Below, one piece after another: positions 55,599-64,000 of a stretch of DNA of 64,000 nt. The translations under genes and the position numbers were made by a program. The notes below the pieces were generated by a model. That model was not told the DNA's origin and did not search any database. It saw nothing but the letters and a program-made list of their open reading frames with translations. How positions within the stretch are numbered: position 1 is the first letter of the stretch; every line of letters starts with the position of its first letter. This stretch comes from Patescibacteria group bacterium (GTDB taxonomy: Bacteria; Patescibacteriota; Minisyncoccia; Phycocordibacterales; UBA918), in NCBI GenBank assembly GCA_019752815.1, contig JAIELQ010000007.1:115728-179727 (forward strand). Direction: 5' to 3'.

Positions 55599-56186
55599 AT
55601 GAATACCAGAATTTCTAGTTACGACGAACAAATACACCGGCACCGATTTGCCTCATGGTGTGCTTCGCGTGCGGCTTCAGTAAGAAATAAATGCATGTTT
55701 TCAGCAAAAACAGGGCAAGAAATTATTGAAGCATCTAAACTTTCGCAAGTTTCATTTGGTTGGGAAAATTTACCTTTTTCAAATCAAAAGGAGTTTGATA
55801 CTTGGCACTCTAGAATGCGCGAGTCTATTTGTCTCACAGCTAGCAAAAATTTAAATGTTAATGGAAAATGCACACACGGTATAGCAGCAAAACTCATTAA
55901 TATTTACTTAAAGACAATTTTTGTTGTGGGTGTACACGGTAAATTGAATTCAAGTCAAACCACACTATTAAATCTTATTCATCCTCCAATTGACCGAACC
56001 TTACTTAATGAATTGGCTAAAAATAACATAGGAGGTTATAGATCCGAATGGAGAAAATTTATAAAAATCGGGTTTAGTAGTTTTACGTCAACGCAATACG
56101 AAAATGTTATTGAACTAGTTATAAAGTCCAATAATGGGAACCCATTATGGATGATTGAAGAGCATTTTAAAGGTTATCAAAAATGA
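55599..56186 (+). CDS. Hypothetical protein
   Basis: 195-aa ORF, no motifs. Confidence 0.4.
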   Translation: MNTRISSYDEQIHRHRFASWCASRAASVRNKCMFSAKTGQEIIEASKLSQVSFGWENLPFSNQKEFDTWHSRMRESICLTASKNLNVNGKCTHGIAAKLINIYLKTIFVVGVHGKLNSSQTTLLNLIHPPIDRTLLNELAKNNIGGYRSEWRKFIKIGFSSFTSTQYENVIELVIKSNNGNPLWMIEEHFKGYQK

Positions 56187-56596
56187 ACATCTATCTGGAC
56201 ATTGACGGCACGATGATTCATGAAGATCATTGGGATACAGAGAATCAAGCCGCTGCAGGTCTAGCTGAGTTCATTATTGCCCTGAGGCCACACAACACAT
56301 ATTGGCTTACAACACACTGCCGAGATGGTAATCCAGAACGACCGCGAGAAATCATGAAGCGTTTTGTACCACCAGAGCTACACGCAGATATAGACCGCAT
56401 CAAGCCAACTGTTTGGGATACGATGAAAACACAAGGTATTGATTGGTCCCGAGACTTTATTTGGTTTGATAATGACATCTCACCGTTTGAATGGGAGAAA
56501 ATTGAACAAGGCACTGAAGGTCAGCAGGCTATTGAAGTGAACTTGAAACTGAACCCGAAGCAATTACTTGAGATAGCGAGGGACGTCCTTAGTTAG
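56183..56596 (+). CDS. Small HAD-superfamily-like protein
   Basis: N-terminal YLDIDGTMI (DxDGT motif I). Only 137 aa. Confidence 0.4.
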   Translation: MNIYLDIDGTMIHEDHWDTENQAAAGLAEFIIALRPHNTYWLTTHCRDGNPERPREIMKRFVPPELHADIDRIKPTVWDTMKTQGIDWSRDFIWFDNDISPFEWEKIEQGTEGQQAIEVNLKLNPKQLLEIARDVLS

Positions 56597-56597
56597 T

Positions 56598-57659
56598 ATG
56601 GAAACTCATCTCCGTTCAAAGCAGTACTACGAAGATCGCTATGATCGAATGACCGTAGAGGACTGCCGACGGAGTGAAAGCTTTTTCTTGAGGAGTACCG
56701 ATGGTGACACTGATAATATTGAAGAAAAACTAAAGGCTGGTATCCGAGAAGTAGCTTGGGAAATCAAGAGAGTTCACCTAACCTTAGACTGGTACAGCAA
56801 GCGCGAATCTACTATCAATGAGTGGATGCAGAAGGACCAAGCGCGGGACACGATGCTTGCTGTAGCACAACCGCCAAGAAACGTATTCTGTTCGACGTGT
56901 GCTGAGAGAATGAATGAGGACAGTCGCACTACTTGGGATAGAGGTAGTAAGGAGCAGGTATTGTTTTTCATGCGCTGCGTCGCTGGTCACCTGCCAATGA
57001 AAGGTGTATTTGAAGATGGTGTCGAGCTGGTTATAGAAGATAAACTTTGTCCAAAATGTAGCGCTGTATTGAACAGCAGTCGCTTACCGAGTAAAAAGGG
57101 TGCGATTAAAACAAAAATATCCTGTTCGGCTTGTAATTTCGAAGAAGTAGATGAATTTGCATTAAGCAGTAATGAACCGGCAGAGGATCCAAGTTATGAG
57201 GCAGACCGACTACGCTTCTGTCTTACTGGTGAAAGTTTAAAGAAGGCACAAGATGAGGCATTTAGGATGGAGCAAATGAGCCGTTTGGTAGAGGGGTGGA
57301 AGCACGAGGAGGAACATCAGGCAGAGTACAAAGCAGTATCCGAACTAGAAAAATTGACTATACCGCAAGTAAAACAGCGAATTAGTGACCTTATCGAAGG
57401 AAAGAACTACTTAAATCTAGTATTTGAAAAACCGAGTATTGAGCGGTACGTCTCACTAGAATTCAGTGTGGAAGAAATGAAAACGGACAATCAGCGGATG
57501 AGCATCAGCAATCTCCAAAAGTTGTTAAAAATGGCATTTGCGGACACGAATTGGCGCCTAATGACTGAGGGTATTAGTTATCGCTTGGGGCTCCTGACAG
57601 GCAGAATTCGGGCTTATGAATCAAAGGAAGATCTACTCAAACTGGTAACGAAAAAGTAG
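56598..57659 (+). CDS. Hypothetical Zn-ribbon-containing protein
   Basis: Cys pairs CSTC .. C..H, CPKC, CSAC. Helical C-terminal half. Confidence 0.4.
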   Translation: METHLRSKQYYEDRYDRMTVEDCRRSESFFLRSTDGDTDNIEEKLKAGIREVAWEIKRVHLTLDWYSKRESTINEWMQKDQARDTMLAVAQPPRNVFCSTCAERMNEDSRTTWDRGSKEQVLFFMRCVAGHLPMKGVFEDGVELVIEDKLCPKCSAVLNSSRLPSKKGAIKTKISCSACNFEEVDEFALSSNEPAEDPSYEADRLRFCLTGESLKKAQDEAFRMEQMSRLVEGWKHEEEHQAEYKAVSELEKLTIPQVKQRISDLIEGKNYLNLVFEKPSIERYVSLEFSVEEMKTDNQRMSISNLQKLLKMAFADTNWRLMTEGISYRLGLLTGRIRAYESKEDLLKLVTKK

Positions 57660-57693
57660 TTATTTGACACATATACTTATAACACAGTGATAA

Positions 57694-58725
57694 TTGAGGA
57701 AACCCATCCAAAATGCTAATCTGTATAGACATATGGCCTTTATTTTTAGTGGTGGTAAACGGTATAATTTAATTCCTTTTGATACTGAAGCGGAGTTTGA
57801 AAAGGCTGTCATCGAACATGCTGTTGAATTGTTTGGTCCCAACACGTTTTACCTTGATGCTAAAAGGTTAATCGCCCGGAGGGGTGAATGGAAAGGTGGT
57901 ATTCCAGATGGTTTTCTCATTGATTTATCAGACCCAACTGAACCGCATCTCTATTTTGTTGAAAACGAACTAGCTTCTCATGATGTGTATAGGCACGTAG
58001 CAGAGCAAGTAGCTCGTTTTTTGGCCATTGCAGTTACCGATGCTATCCAACTACGTGCCATTCTTGCTAATCACATTCGAGCCAACAAAGAATTACTAGC
58101 ACAAATTGAAACGCACATTAAAGAGGCACAATTTCATAACCTTGATAATCTTCTTAATGTACTCACAGAGAAGCCAGCACGTGTTGTCGTAGTGATTGAC
58201 GAAGAGACTGAGGATCTTAACCAAGTACTCTCGGTTTTTCAACGTCGGCCAGACGTGGCAGTGCTGCAGCGATTTACAAGCGACAGTGAGTCTATGTATT
58301 GGTGCCAGCCAATGCGTGATGATGCTGAAGTGCTTGTGACTAATGGACAGACAACAGCCGCTCCAGCACTCCGAGAGTTTGACACAATAGTTTGTCCAGC
58401 ACATAAGGAAGGTTTTGAATCTGCATTCATCAAGCAAGATGCTTGGTGGGCTATCAGACTTTCACAAGAAGCACGCGAACGCATAAATTACTTAGCGATT
58501 TATCAAAAAGCACCCATTGGAGCAGTGACACACGTGGCTGAAATTGAACGGATTGAGCCGTATAAGAACTCCGGCAAGTTTATTGTTTACGTCAAGAATA
58601 AGCGAACAATCGGTCCGATTAAACTTGATGGCGGAGGAAAGCGTGGCATTGCACCGCAAGGACCACGATTTACCACAATAGAAAAGCTCAAGCAAGCAAA
58701 AAAACTAAGTGACCTTTGGAAGTAA
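57694..58725 (+). CDS. Restriction-endonuclease-fold (PD-(D/E)xK-like) protein with a C-terminal beta-barrel-like domain
   Basis: GIPDGFLIDLSDPTEPHLYFVENELASHD resembles the G.PD..-D..-(E/V)E.K core of Mrr/NucS/DUF4263-type nucleases (Lys position not conserved). The C-terminal ~90 aa (VTHVAEIERIEPYKNSGKFIVYVKNKRTIGPIKL) resemble EVE/PUA-like modules. Both assignments are tentative. Confidence 0.4.
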   Translation: MRKPIQNANLYRHMAFIFSGGKRYNLIPFDTEAEFEKAVIEHAVELFGPNTFYLDAKRLIARRGEWKGGIPDGFLIDLSDPTEPHLYFVENELASHDVYRHVAEQVARFLAIAVTDAIQLRAILANHIRANKELLAQIETHIKEAQFHNLDNLLNVLTEKPARVVVVIDEETEDLNQVLSVFQRRPDVAVLQRFTSDSESMYWCQPMRDDAEVLVTNGQTTAAPALREFDTIVCPAHKEGFESAFIKQDAWWAIRLSQEARERINYLAIYQKAPIGAVTHVAEIERIEPYKNSGKFIVYVKNKRTIGPIKLDGGGKRGIAPQGPRFTTIEKLKQAKKLSDLWK

Positions 58726-58736
58726 TTAATATTTTT

Positions 58737-60632
58737 ATGAAAGAGCAAAACATCACAAAAAACATCACCTCTCCGCAAGTTACGCTCGAGGCGCTCCAGC
58801 GTGATTTTGCGCATTGTTTTGATAAGGATGGGGATTTTGACATTGAAAAGTTCAAACGTGAAATTGCTGGCGCTGAGGTGAATTTTTCTAAGGAAAGCTA
58901 CGGCATGGACTGGCTAGGAAAGAGCTATGCGCGAGTACGAGCTACCGATCCGGCCACTACGTTACTCAAGGAAGATGTTGCTTGGAATAGTAAAGAAGAA
59001 AACAAAAACTCAGAGAATCTCCTCATCAAGGGCGACAACCTCGAGGTCCTCAAGCATTTATCTAACGCCTATCACGAACAGATAAAAATGATTTATATCG
59101 ACCCACCATACAACACGGGTACTGATGGGTTTGTGTACGAAGACGACCGCAAGTTTACTCCAGAAGAATTTGCTGAGTTAGCTGGCGTTGACCTAGAACA
59201 AGCCAAGCGTATTTTGGACTTTGTAGATAGTAAGAGTAACTCGCACAGTGCATGGCTTTCGTTTATGTACCCGCGACTTTATATCGCACGTCAGTTGCTA
59301 AAAGACGATGGGGTAATCTTCGTGAGTATTGATGACAATGAGGTAGCGCAGTTGAAGATTTTAATGAACGAGGTTTTTGGAGAAACAAATTTCATTGCGC
59401 ATTTAATATGGAAAAACAAGAAGGGTGGTGGTAATGATTCAAAATATATAGCTATAGAACATGAATCAATTTTAGTATTTGCTAAATCAAAAAATGATCT
59501 TGAGAGACTATTTCATAGATACACTGATGAATACAAAAAGCGATATAAGGAAGAAGACGAGGACGGTTTATTCTTTTGGGATACTTTTAAACGCAAATCA
59601 GGAAAGCAGTACTATTCAATAAAATGTCCAGATGGTTCCACACTCGAGAAGGATGAGTTTGGTAACCCAATAAGTTGGCTGCGATCAGAATCCACCTTTA
59701 AGAAAGACCTTAAACGAGGTGAAATTAGAATTGTTAAAATTGGAGACCAGTGGTCAGTACAGTTCAAGCAAAGACTTCCTGAAGGAAAAAAGCCGCGGAG
59801 CATCTTAGATTCTTTTGGAACTACTAGTGACGGTTCAGATGAGTGTTTTGACTTATTTAAAAAACACATTTTTAGTAACCCAAAGCCGACTAGCCTGATC
59901 TCTCATATGTTAGATATCGTTTCTGAGTCAAACGACATTATCCTTGACTTCTTTGGGGGCTCTGGCACTACTGCTGATGCAGTAATGCGACTCAATACAG
60001 AAGATAGCGGGAGTCGAAAATTTTTAGTTGTACAAATCAGTGAAAAAATTGACCCAATAAAAAATAAAGTTGCATACGATTTTGTAAAAAGCGAACTTAA
60101 AATCAAAGAACCGAATATCTTTGACATTACCAAAGAACGACTTGTACGCGCAGCTAAAAAAATAAAAGAAGAACATAAAGATAGTGAACATATCGCTAGC
60201 GTTGATTTTGGCTTCAAAATATTTGAAACCGTACCTCAATGGGATGGGTATGTCGATGAGCCAACGGAATACGATAACAATCTAAAAATATTTGATGTAG
60301 CAAAGTTAAAAGACAACGATATCGCGACACTCCTCACCACTTGGAAAACTTACGATAGCATCCCACTCACGACATCACTTACAGAGGTTGATCTTGGAGG
60401 ATACACAGGCTACTACAACGATAATAAGTTGTACCTTGTTCATGCTGGTTTTACTGCAAAGCACCTCACTGCGTTGCTGAAGATGATCGATACAGACACC
60501 ACATTCAGTCCTGCAACAATCATTATCTTCGGGTATCACTTTGACAGTGCTCGTATGCGTGAACTTGCTGAGAACGTAAAGAGCTACGCAAACAAGAAAA
60601 GTATCGATATCGAGTGCATCACACGCTACTAG
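58737..60632 (+). CDS. Type III restriction-modification system methyltransferase (Mod)
   Basis: DPPY motif IYIDPPYNTG precedes FxGxG motif LDFFGGSGTTADAV (beta-class N6/N4 MTase order). Central target-recognition region. Start placed at MKEQNITKN to avoid overlap. Confidence 0.8.
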   Translation: MKEQNITKNITSPQVTLEALQRDFAHCFDKDGDFDIEKFKREIAGAEVNFSKESYGMDWLGKSYARVRATDPATTLLKEDVAWNSKEENKNSENLLIKGDNLEVLKHLSNAYHEQIKMIYIDPPYNTGTDGFVYEDDRKFTPEEFAELAGVDLEQAKRILDFVDSKSNSHSAWLSFMYPRLYIARQLLKDDGVIFVSIDDNEVAQLKILMNEVFGETNFIAHLIWKNKKGGGNDSKYIAIEHESILVFAKSKNDLERLFHRYTDEYKKRYKEEDEDGLFFWDTFKRKSGKQYYSIKCPDGSTLEKDEFGNPISWLRSESTFKKDLKRGEIRIVKIGDQWSVQFKQRLPEGKKPRSILDSFGTTSDGSDECFDLFKKHIFSNPKPTSLISHMLDIVSESNDIILDFFGGSGTTADAVMRLNTEDSGSRKFLVVQISEKIDPIKNKVAYDFVKSELKIKEPNIFDITKERLVRAAKKIKEEHKDSEHIASVDFGFKIFETVPQWDGYVDEPTEYDNNLKIFDVAKLKDNDIATLLTTWKTYDSIPLTTSLTEVDLGGYTGYYNDNKLYLVHAGFTAKHLTALLKMIDTDTTFSPATIIIFGYHFDSARMRELAENVKSYANKKSIDIECITRY

Positions 60633-60638
60633 CATAAT

Positions 60639-63563
60639 ATGGCAGGCTTTAATTTTGAGAAAAATCTAGAACATCAATCACACGCTGTGGCAGCGACAGT
60701 GGGGGTATTTGATGGTGTAGCTGTGGAGCAAGCAATTGGTGTATCAGCTCAGTTTGCAAACCCACGCTTTACTGCCACATCACATGAAATAGCAAATAAT
60801 GTCGCGGCTATGCGGACACGTTTTGCTGTATCTGATGGCACGGTTGACGGCACCAGCACCATTATCGATATCATGATGGAGACAGGTACCGGTAAGACGT
60901 ATACGTACACCAAGACTATGTTCGAAATGAACAAACTCTTTGGTATCTTTAAATTTGTGATTGTGGTCCCGACACTGCCGATTAAAGCCGGTACTATTAA
61001 CTTTTTACGCTCACAGAGCACTCGAGAGCACTTCAAAGAACAGTACGGTAAGCAACTGCAGCTTCATATCGTCGAGAGTCAAAAATCTGGCAAAAGTAAA
61101 AAATCAGTCATTCCGACAGCAGTACAGAGTTTTGTGGGTGCCGGTAGCTACGAACGCAATCATATTCAAGTGCTCGTTATTAATGCTGGTATGGTCAACT
61201 CGGACACTATGCAGAAGCGCTTTGATACGAGTCTCTTTGACCAACACGCAGTGCCATTTGATGCTATAGCTGCAACGCGGCCAATCATGATTATTGATGA
61301 ACCGCATAAGTTTGCTAAAGACAATAAAACTTGGAGTAATCTTGAGCGTATGCGTCCACAGTACACCATACGCTACGGTGCTACCTTCCCAGAGACGGAA
61401 CTAAAGAAGAAAAACTCACTCGGCAAAACGGTGAAAGTGTCAGTTAAGGATTATCATAATTTGGTCTATACCCTCACTGCTGTTGATTCTTTTAATAAGA
61501 ACCTCGTGAAGGGCGTGATCGGTCACGTAGCAGAGTTTGAAGCAGGAAGGAATGCACTTGTAAAACTCATTTCGCTTACTGGGACAGAGGCTAAATTTGA
61601 ACTGACTGAGGGTAACAGAAAGTCTACTCGTACCCTAGGAAAGAAAGACACTCTCTCCAAAGTGCATGTAGCGATGGAAGGACTTACCATTGAAAACATG
61701 AATAAGTCGTGTGTAGTGCTCTCAAACGGACTCGAACTCAAGAAAGGCGACAAGCTAAATCCATACTCATATGCTGAAACACTACAAGAGTCGATGATCA
61801 AAAAAGCAGTGAAGAATCATTTTGAGTTGGAATATGACTTGCTCCAGCGTGATACACGTATCAAGCCACTGACACTCTTTTTCATTGATAATATTGATGA
61901 GTATCGTGGTAAAGATGGCTACATAAGGAAAACTGTTGAAAAACATATTAAAGCGGAAGCAAAGCGTCTTTTAACCCAATCATGTACGCCTGCATACAAA
62001 ACTTTTCTCGAGGCAACTCTAACCAGTATTTCTGATTCACACGGCGGTTATTTCTCACAAGATAATACCGATAGTGACGAAAAAATAGAAAAGGAAGTTA
62101 ACGAGATCCTTCACGACAAGGAGGAAATTCTTCGTATTGACAATACTCGTCGTTTCATTTTTTCAAAGTGGACTCTGCGCGAAGGCTGGGACAATCCAAA
62201 CGTATTTCAGATATGCAAGCTCCGCAGTAGTGGCTCGGATATTTCAAAACTGCAGGAAGTAGGTCGTGGTTTGCGTCTACCTGTTAATGAGTACGGAAAT
62301 CGGGAGAAGGACGAGCAGTTCTTCCTCCACTATTTTGTCGACTTTACAGAAAATGATTTTGTAAATCAATTAGTCGCTGAAATTAATAAAAAATCTGGTG
62401 CAATATCTCGTGCTGCTGTGTATGAACGACTAACTGACGAGATGGTCGCACAAATAGTAGAGAAATACAGTGTTACTGAAGAATCACTTCTTGAGACGCT
62501 CGATAAAAACAACGTAATTACTCGTAGCAATCAATTCAAAGATGGAGGACTTGCTTATATTCAATCTAACTATAGCCTCATCTTTGAAGGTGTAGACAGC
62601 AACAAGATTCGTAAAGCGAACGATGTGAAGAAGCGTGTGACAGTACGAACAGAGAAGTACACAGCCCTTCAAGAGCTCTGGGAAAAACTGAATGAAAAAG
62701 TAATATTGGAGTACAAGATTGACGATGAAGAAAAATTTAAGACGCTGTTTGTTAACTTCTTAAAGCAGTCGGCTGCTGCGTTTAAAGCTGATAGTGTTCG
62801 TAGTCGAATAGAACGAGTAGTCATTGAGGATGGGCAAGCAGTACGACAGAGCGAAGTAGGTCTTAAAGATTCTGAACTAACCTCACTCACGACCATGAAT
62901 TATGGTGCATTCTTGCGCCAACTCGGTGAAGCCTTACACATGAACATTGCAACACTGCACGGATCGTTCAAGACAGCAAAAATAAACCCGACGCCGTTCT
63001 TGAACCAGACAACCATCCGAATTATTAAGCAAAAGTTTGATGCGTTCCTTCTATATAACGCGATTGATGCTTTTACCATCGAGTATCAGCGAGTCACCAA
63101 TACAATTCATCCAACCAAGTTCACAAACAAAGAGGGTAAAGTTGTACGTGATGCTGCCTCTGCTGACGTGGGTGTTATGAGTAGCACCGACAGAGTCGCT
63201 CCCAACTACTTCTTTAACGAACTATTTTTTGATAGTGAACTAGAAAAACAGAATATCATCACAAACATCACTGAAGTGCTTGTTTTCACAAAGATTCCGA
63301 AGAACTCAATAAAAATTCCCGTAGCAGGTGGTAAAAGTTACTCCCCAGACTTTGCGTACGTACTTAATTTTAAGGACGGACAAAAAAAGCTCTACTTCAT
63401 AGTTGAAACAAAAAACACAACTGAGGAGGGCTTGCGTGATGAAGAGCGAGCCAAAATTAAACATGCAGAGAAGTTTTTTGGTGGAAAGGTAAAGATTAAG
63501 TTTAAGACGCAATTTGAACAAGACAAAATAGTTGATCTGATACAACAACTTACTGTAAGTTAA
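60639..63563 (+). CDS. Type III restriction enzyme Res subunit (SF2 helicase + PD-(D/E)xK endonuclease)
   Basis: Walker A METGTGKTYT, DEAH-box IIDEPHKF, SF2 motif VI QEVGRGLR. C-terminal SPDFAYVL...IVETKNT nuclease motif. Confidence 0.8.
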   Translation: MAGFNFEKNLEHQSHAVAATVGVFDGVAVEQAIGVSAQFANPRFTATSHEIANNVAAMRTRFAVSDGTVDGTSTIIDIMMETGTGKTYTYTKTMFEMNKLFGIFKFVIVVPTLPIKAGTINFLRSQSTREHFKEQYGKQLQLHIVESQKSGKSKKSVIPTAVQSFVGAGSYERNHIQVLVINAGMVNSDTMQKRFDTSLFDQHAVPFDAIAATRPIMIIDEPHKFAKDNKTWSNLERMRPQYTIRYGATFPETELKKKNSLGKTVKVSVKDYHNLVYTLTAVDSFNKNLVKGVIGHVAEFEAGRNALVKLISLTGTEAKFELTEGNRKSTRTLGKKDTLSKVHVAMEGLTIENMNKSCVVLSNGLELKKGDKLNPYSYAETLQESMIKKAVKNHFELEYDLLQRDTRIKPLTLFFIDNIDEYRGKDGYIRKTVEKHIKAEAKRLLTQSCTPAYKTFLEATLTSISDSHGGYFSQDNTDSDEKIEKEVNEILHDKEEILRIDNTRRFIFSKWTLREGWDNPNVFQICKLRSSGSDISKLQEVGRGLRLPVNEYGNREKDEQFFLHYFVDFTENDFVNQLVAEINKKSGAISRAAVYERLTDEMVAQIVEKYSVTEESLLETLDKNNVITRSNQFKDGGLAYIQSNYSLIFEGVDSNKIRKANDVKKRVTVRTEKYTALQELWEKLNEKVILEYKIDDEEKFKTLFVNFLKQSAAAFKADSVRSRIERVVIEDGQAVRQSEVGLKDSELTSLTTMNYGAFLRQLGEALHMNIATLHGSFKTAKINPTPFLNQTTIRIIKQKFDAFLLYNAIDAFTIEYQRVTNTIHPTKFTNKEGKVVRDAASADVGVMSSTDRVAPNYFFNELFFDSELEKQNIITNITEVLVFTKIPKNSIKIPVAGGKSYSPDFAYVLNFKDGQKKLYFIVETKNTTEEGLRDEERAKIKHAEKFFGGKVKIKFKTQFEQDKIVDLIQQLTVS

Positions 63564-63572
63564 TAATTTATT

Positions 63573-64000
63573 GTGGTGTTATCAAAATCAAATTATCTTA
63601 CATTCCTCAAGCATCCGGCATGGTTGTGGTTGATTGCGCATGAACCCGACAAAATTCCTAAACATGATGCTGACACACTAGCTATCTTTTCTGCAGGACA
63701 TCGCTTTGAAGAGTATGCAGAACATTTATTTATTGATGGATATGCGCTTGGGTATAACGTGAGCGGACACTTTGACTGGAAACTTTACCAATCGTTACCA
63801 GAGCGCACCGCTGAGGCTCTACAAGGAGAACACAAGCTATTGTTCCAAGGTCGGATAGAGGTAGACGGGCTTACCTGTATTTTTGATGTATTGGAACGTA
63901 CCGCTATGGGCACGTTTAATCTATATGAAATTAAATCAAGTAGTAGTGCTAAGCGAGAGCATGAATACGACTTGGCTTTCCAGACGTACGTGCTAGAAAA
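63573..64000 (+). CDS. PD-(D/E)xK-family nuclease-like protein (Cas4/DUF2779-like), 3' partial
   Basis: Frame open from GTG 63573 to the window end. IFDVLER .. FNLYEIKSS fits a D..(E)xK nuclease core. No stop before 64000. Confidence 0.4.
   Translation, partial: MVLSKSNYLTFLKHPAWLWLIAHEPDKIPKHDADTLAIFSAGHRFEEYAEHLFIDGYALGYNVSGHFDWKLYQSLPERTAEALQGEHKLLFQGRIEVDGLTCIFDVLERTAMGTFNLYEIKSSSSAKREHEYDLAFQTYVLE

Larger units (their letters stand above)
47673..64000. mobile_element. Integrated mobile element (integrative, possibly mobilisable/conjugative) inserted at the 3' side of tRNA-Ala. Right boundary not reached in the window.
   Basis: Serine integrase abuts the tRNA. Leftward module: integrase, resolvase, Prim-Pol/helicase, small protein, unknown. 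Rightward module: ArdC-N-like, FtsK/SpoIIIE translocase, Type III R-M, PD-(D/E)xK nuclease. No housekeeping genes downstream of the tRNA. Confidence 0.65.

Overview
The window is a 64-kb stretch of a moderately AT-rich (roughly mid-40s % GC by eye) bacterial chromosome. The gene content suggests a Patescibacteria/CPR-like organism, which is inference, not a search result. Many giant secreted proteins are present, including a DUF2341-type surface protein. UvrC is short and genes are tightly packed.

The window has three sectors.

- Sector 1, ~1-31 kb: a surface-proteome locus.
  - A DUF2341/LamG-like protein (5' truncated at the window edge) and a paralogue.
  - An FN3-repeat protein and a MacB/FtsX-type ABC pair.
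  - Three paralogous beta-sandwich proteins with C-terminal membrane anchors.
  - Cohesin-like and dockerin-like module proteins.
  - A 2051-aa BNR-propeller giant protein with internal ~160-aa repeats.
  - A modular family of 3'-UTR repeats with a covarying hairpin sits directly behind five of these genes.
  - A 670-bp non-coding block (11161-11830) is packed with tRNA-3'-end-like direct repeats and long hairpins.
- Sector 2, ~31-47.6 kb: housekeeping genes.
  - A thioredoxin-fold protein with a degenerate CXXC motif, an AI-2E transporter, a CapA-like phosphoesterase and an FKBP PPIase.
  - tgt, uvrB, uvrA, a short uvrC, ddl and pterin-4a-carbinolamine dehydratase.
- Sector 3, 47673 to the window end: tRNA-Ala(TGC) immediately followed by an integrated mobile element with two divergent modules.
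  - Leftward module: a large serine recombinase, a small resolvase-like recombinase, a Prim-Pol/helicase, a small protein and a 291-aa unknown.
  - Rightward module: an ArdC-N-like protein, an unknown, an FtsK/SpoIIIE-type translocase, four unknown ORFs, Type III R-M Mod and Res, and a partial PD-(D/E)xK nuclease.
  - The right boundary was not found within the window.

Everything rests on reading the sequence and the ORF translations by eye. No database search was run.
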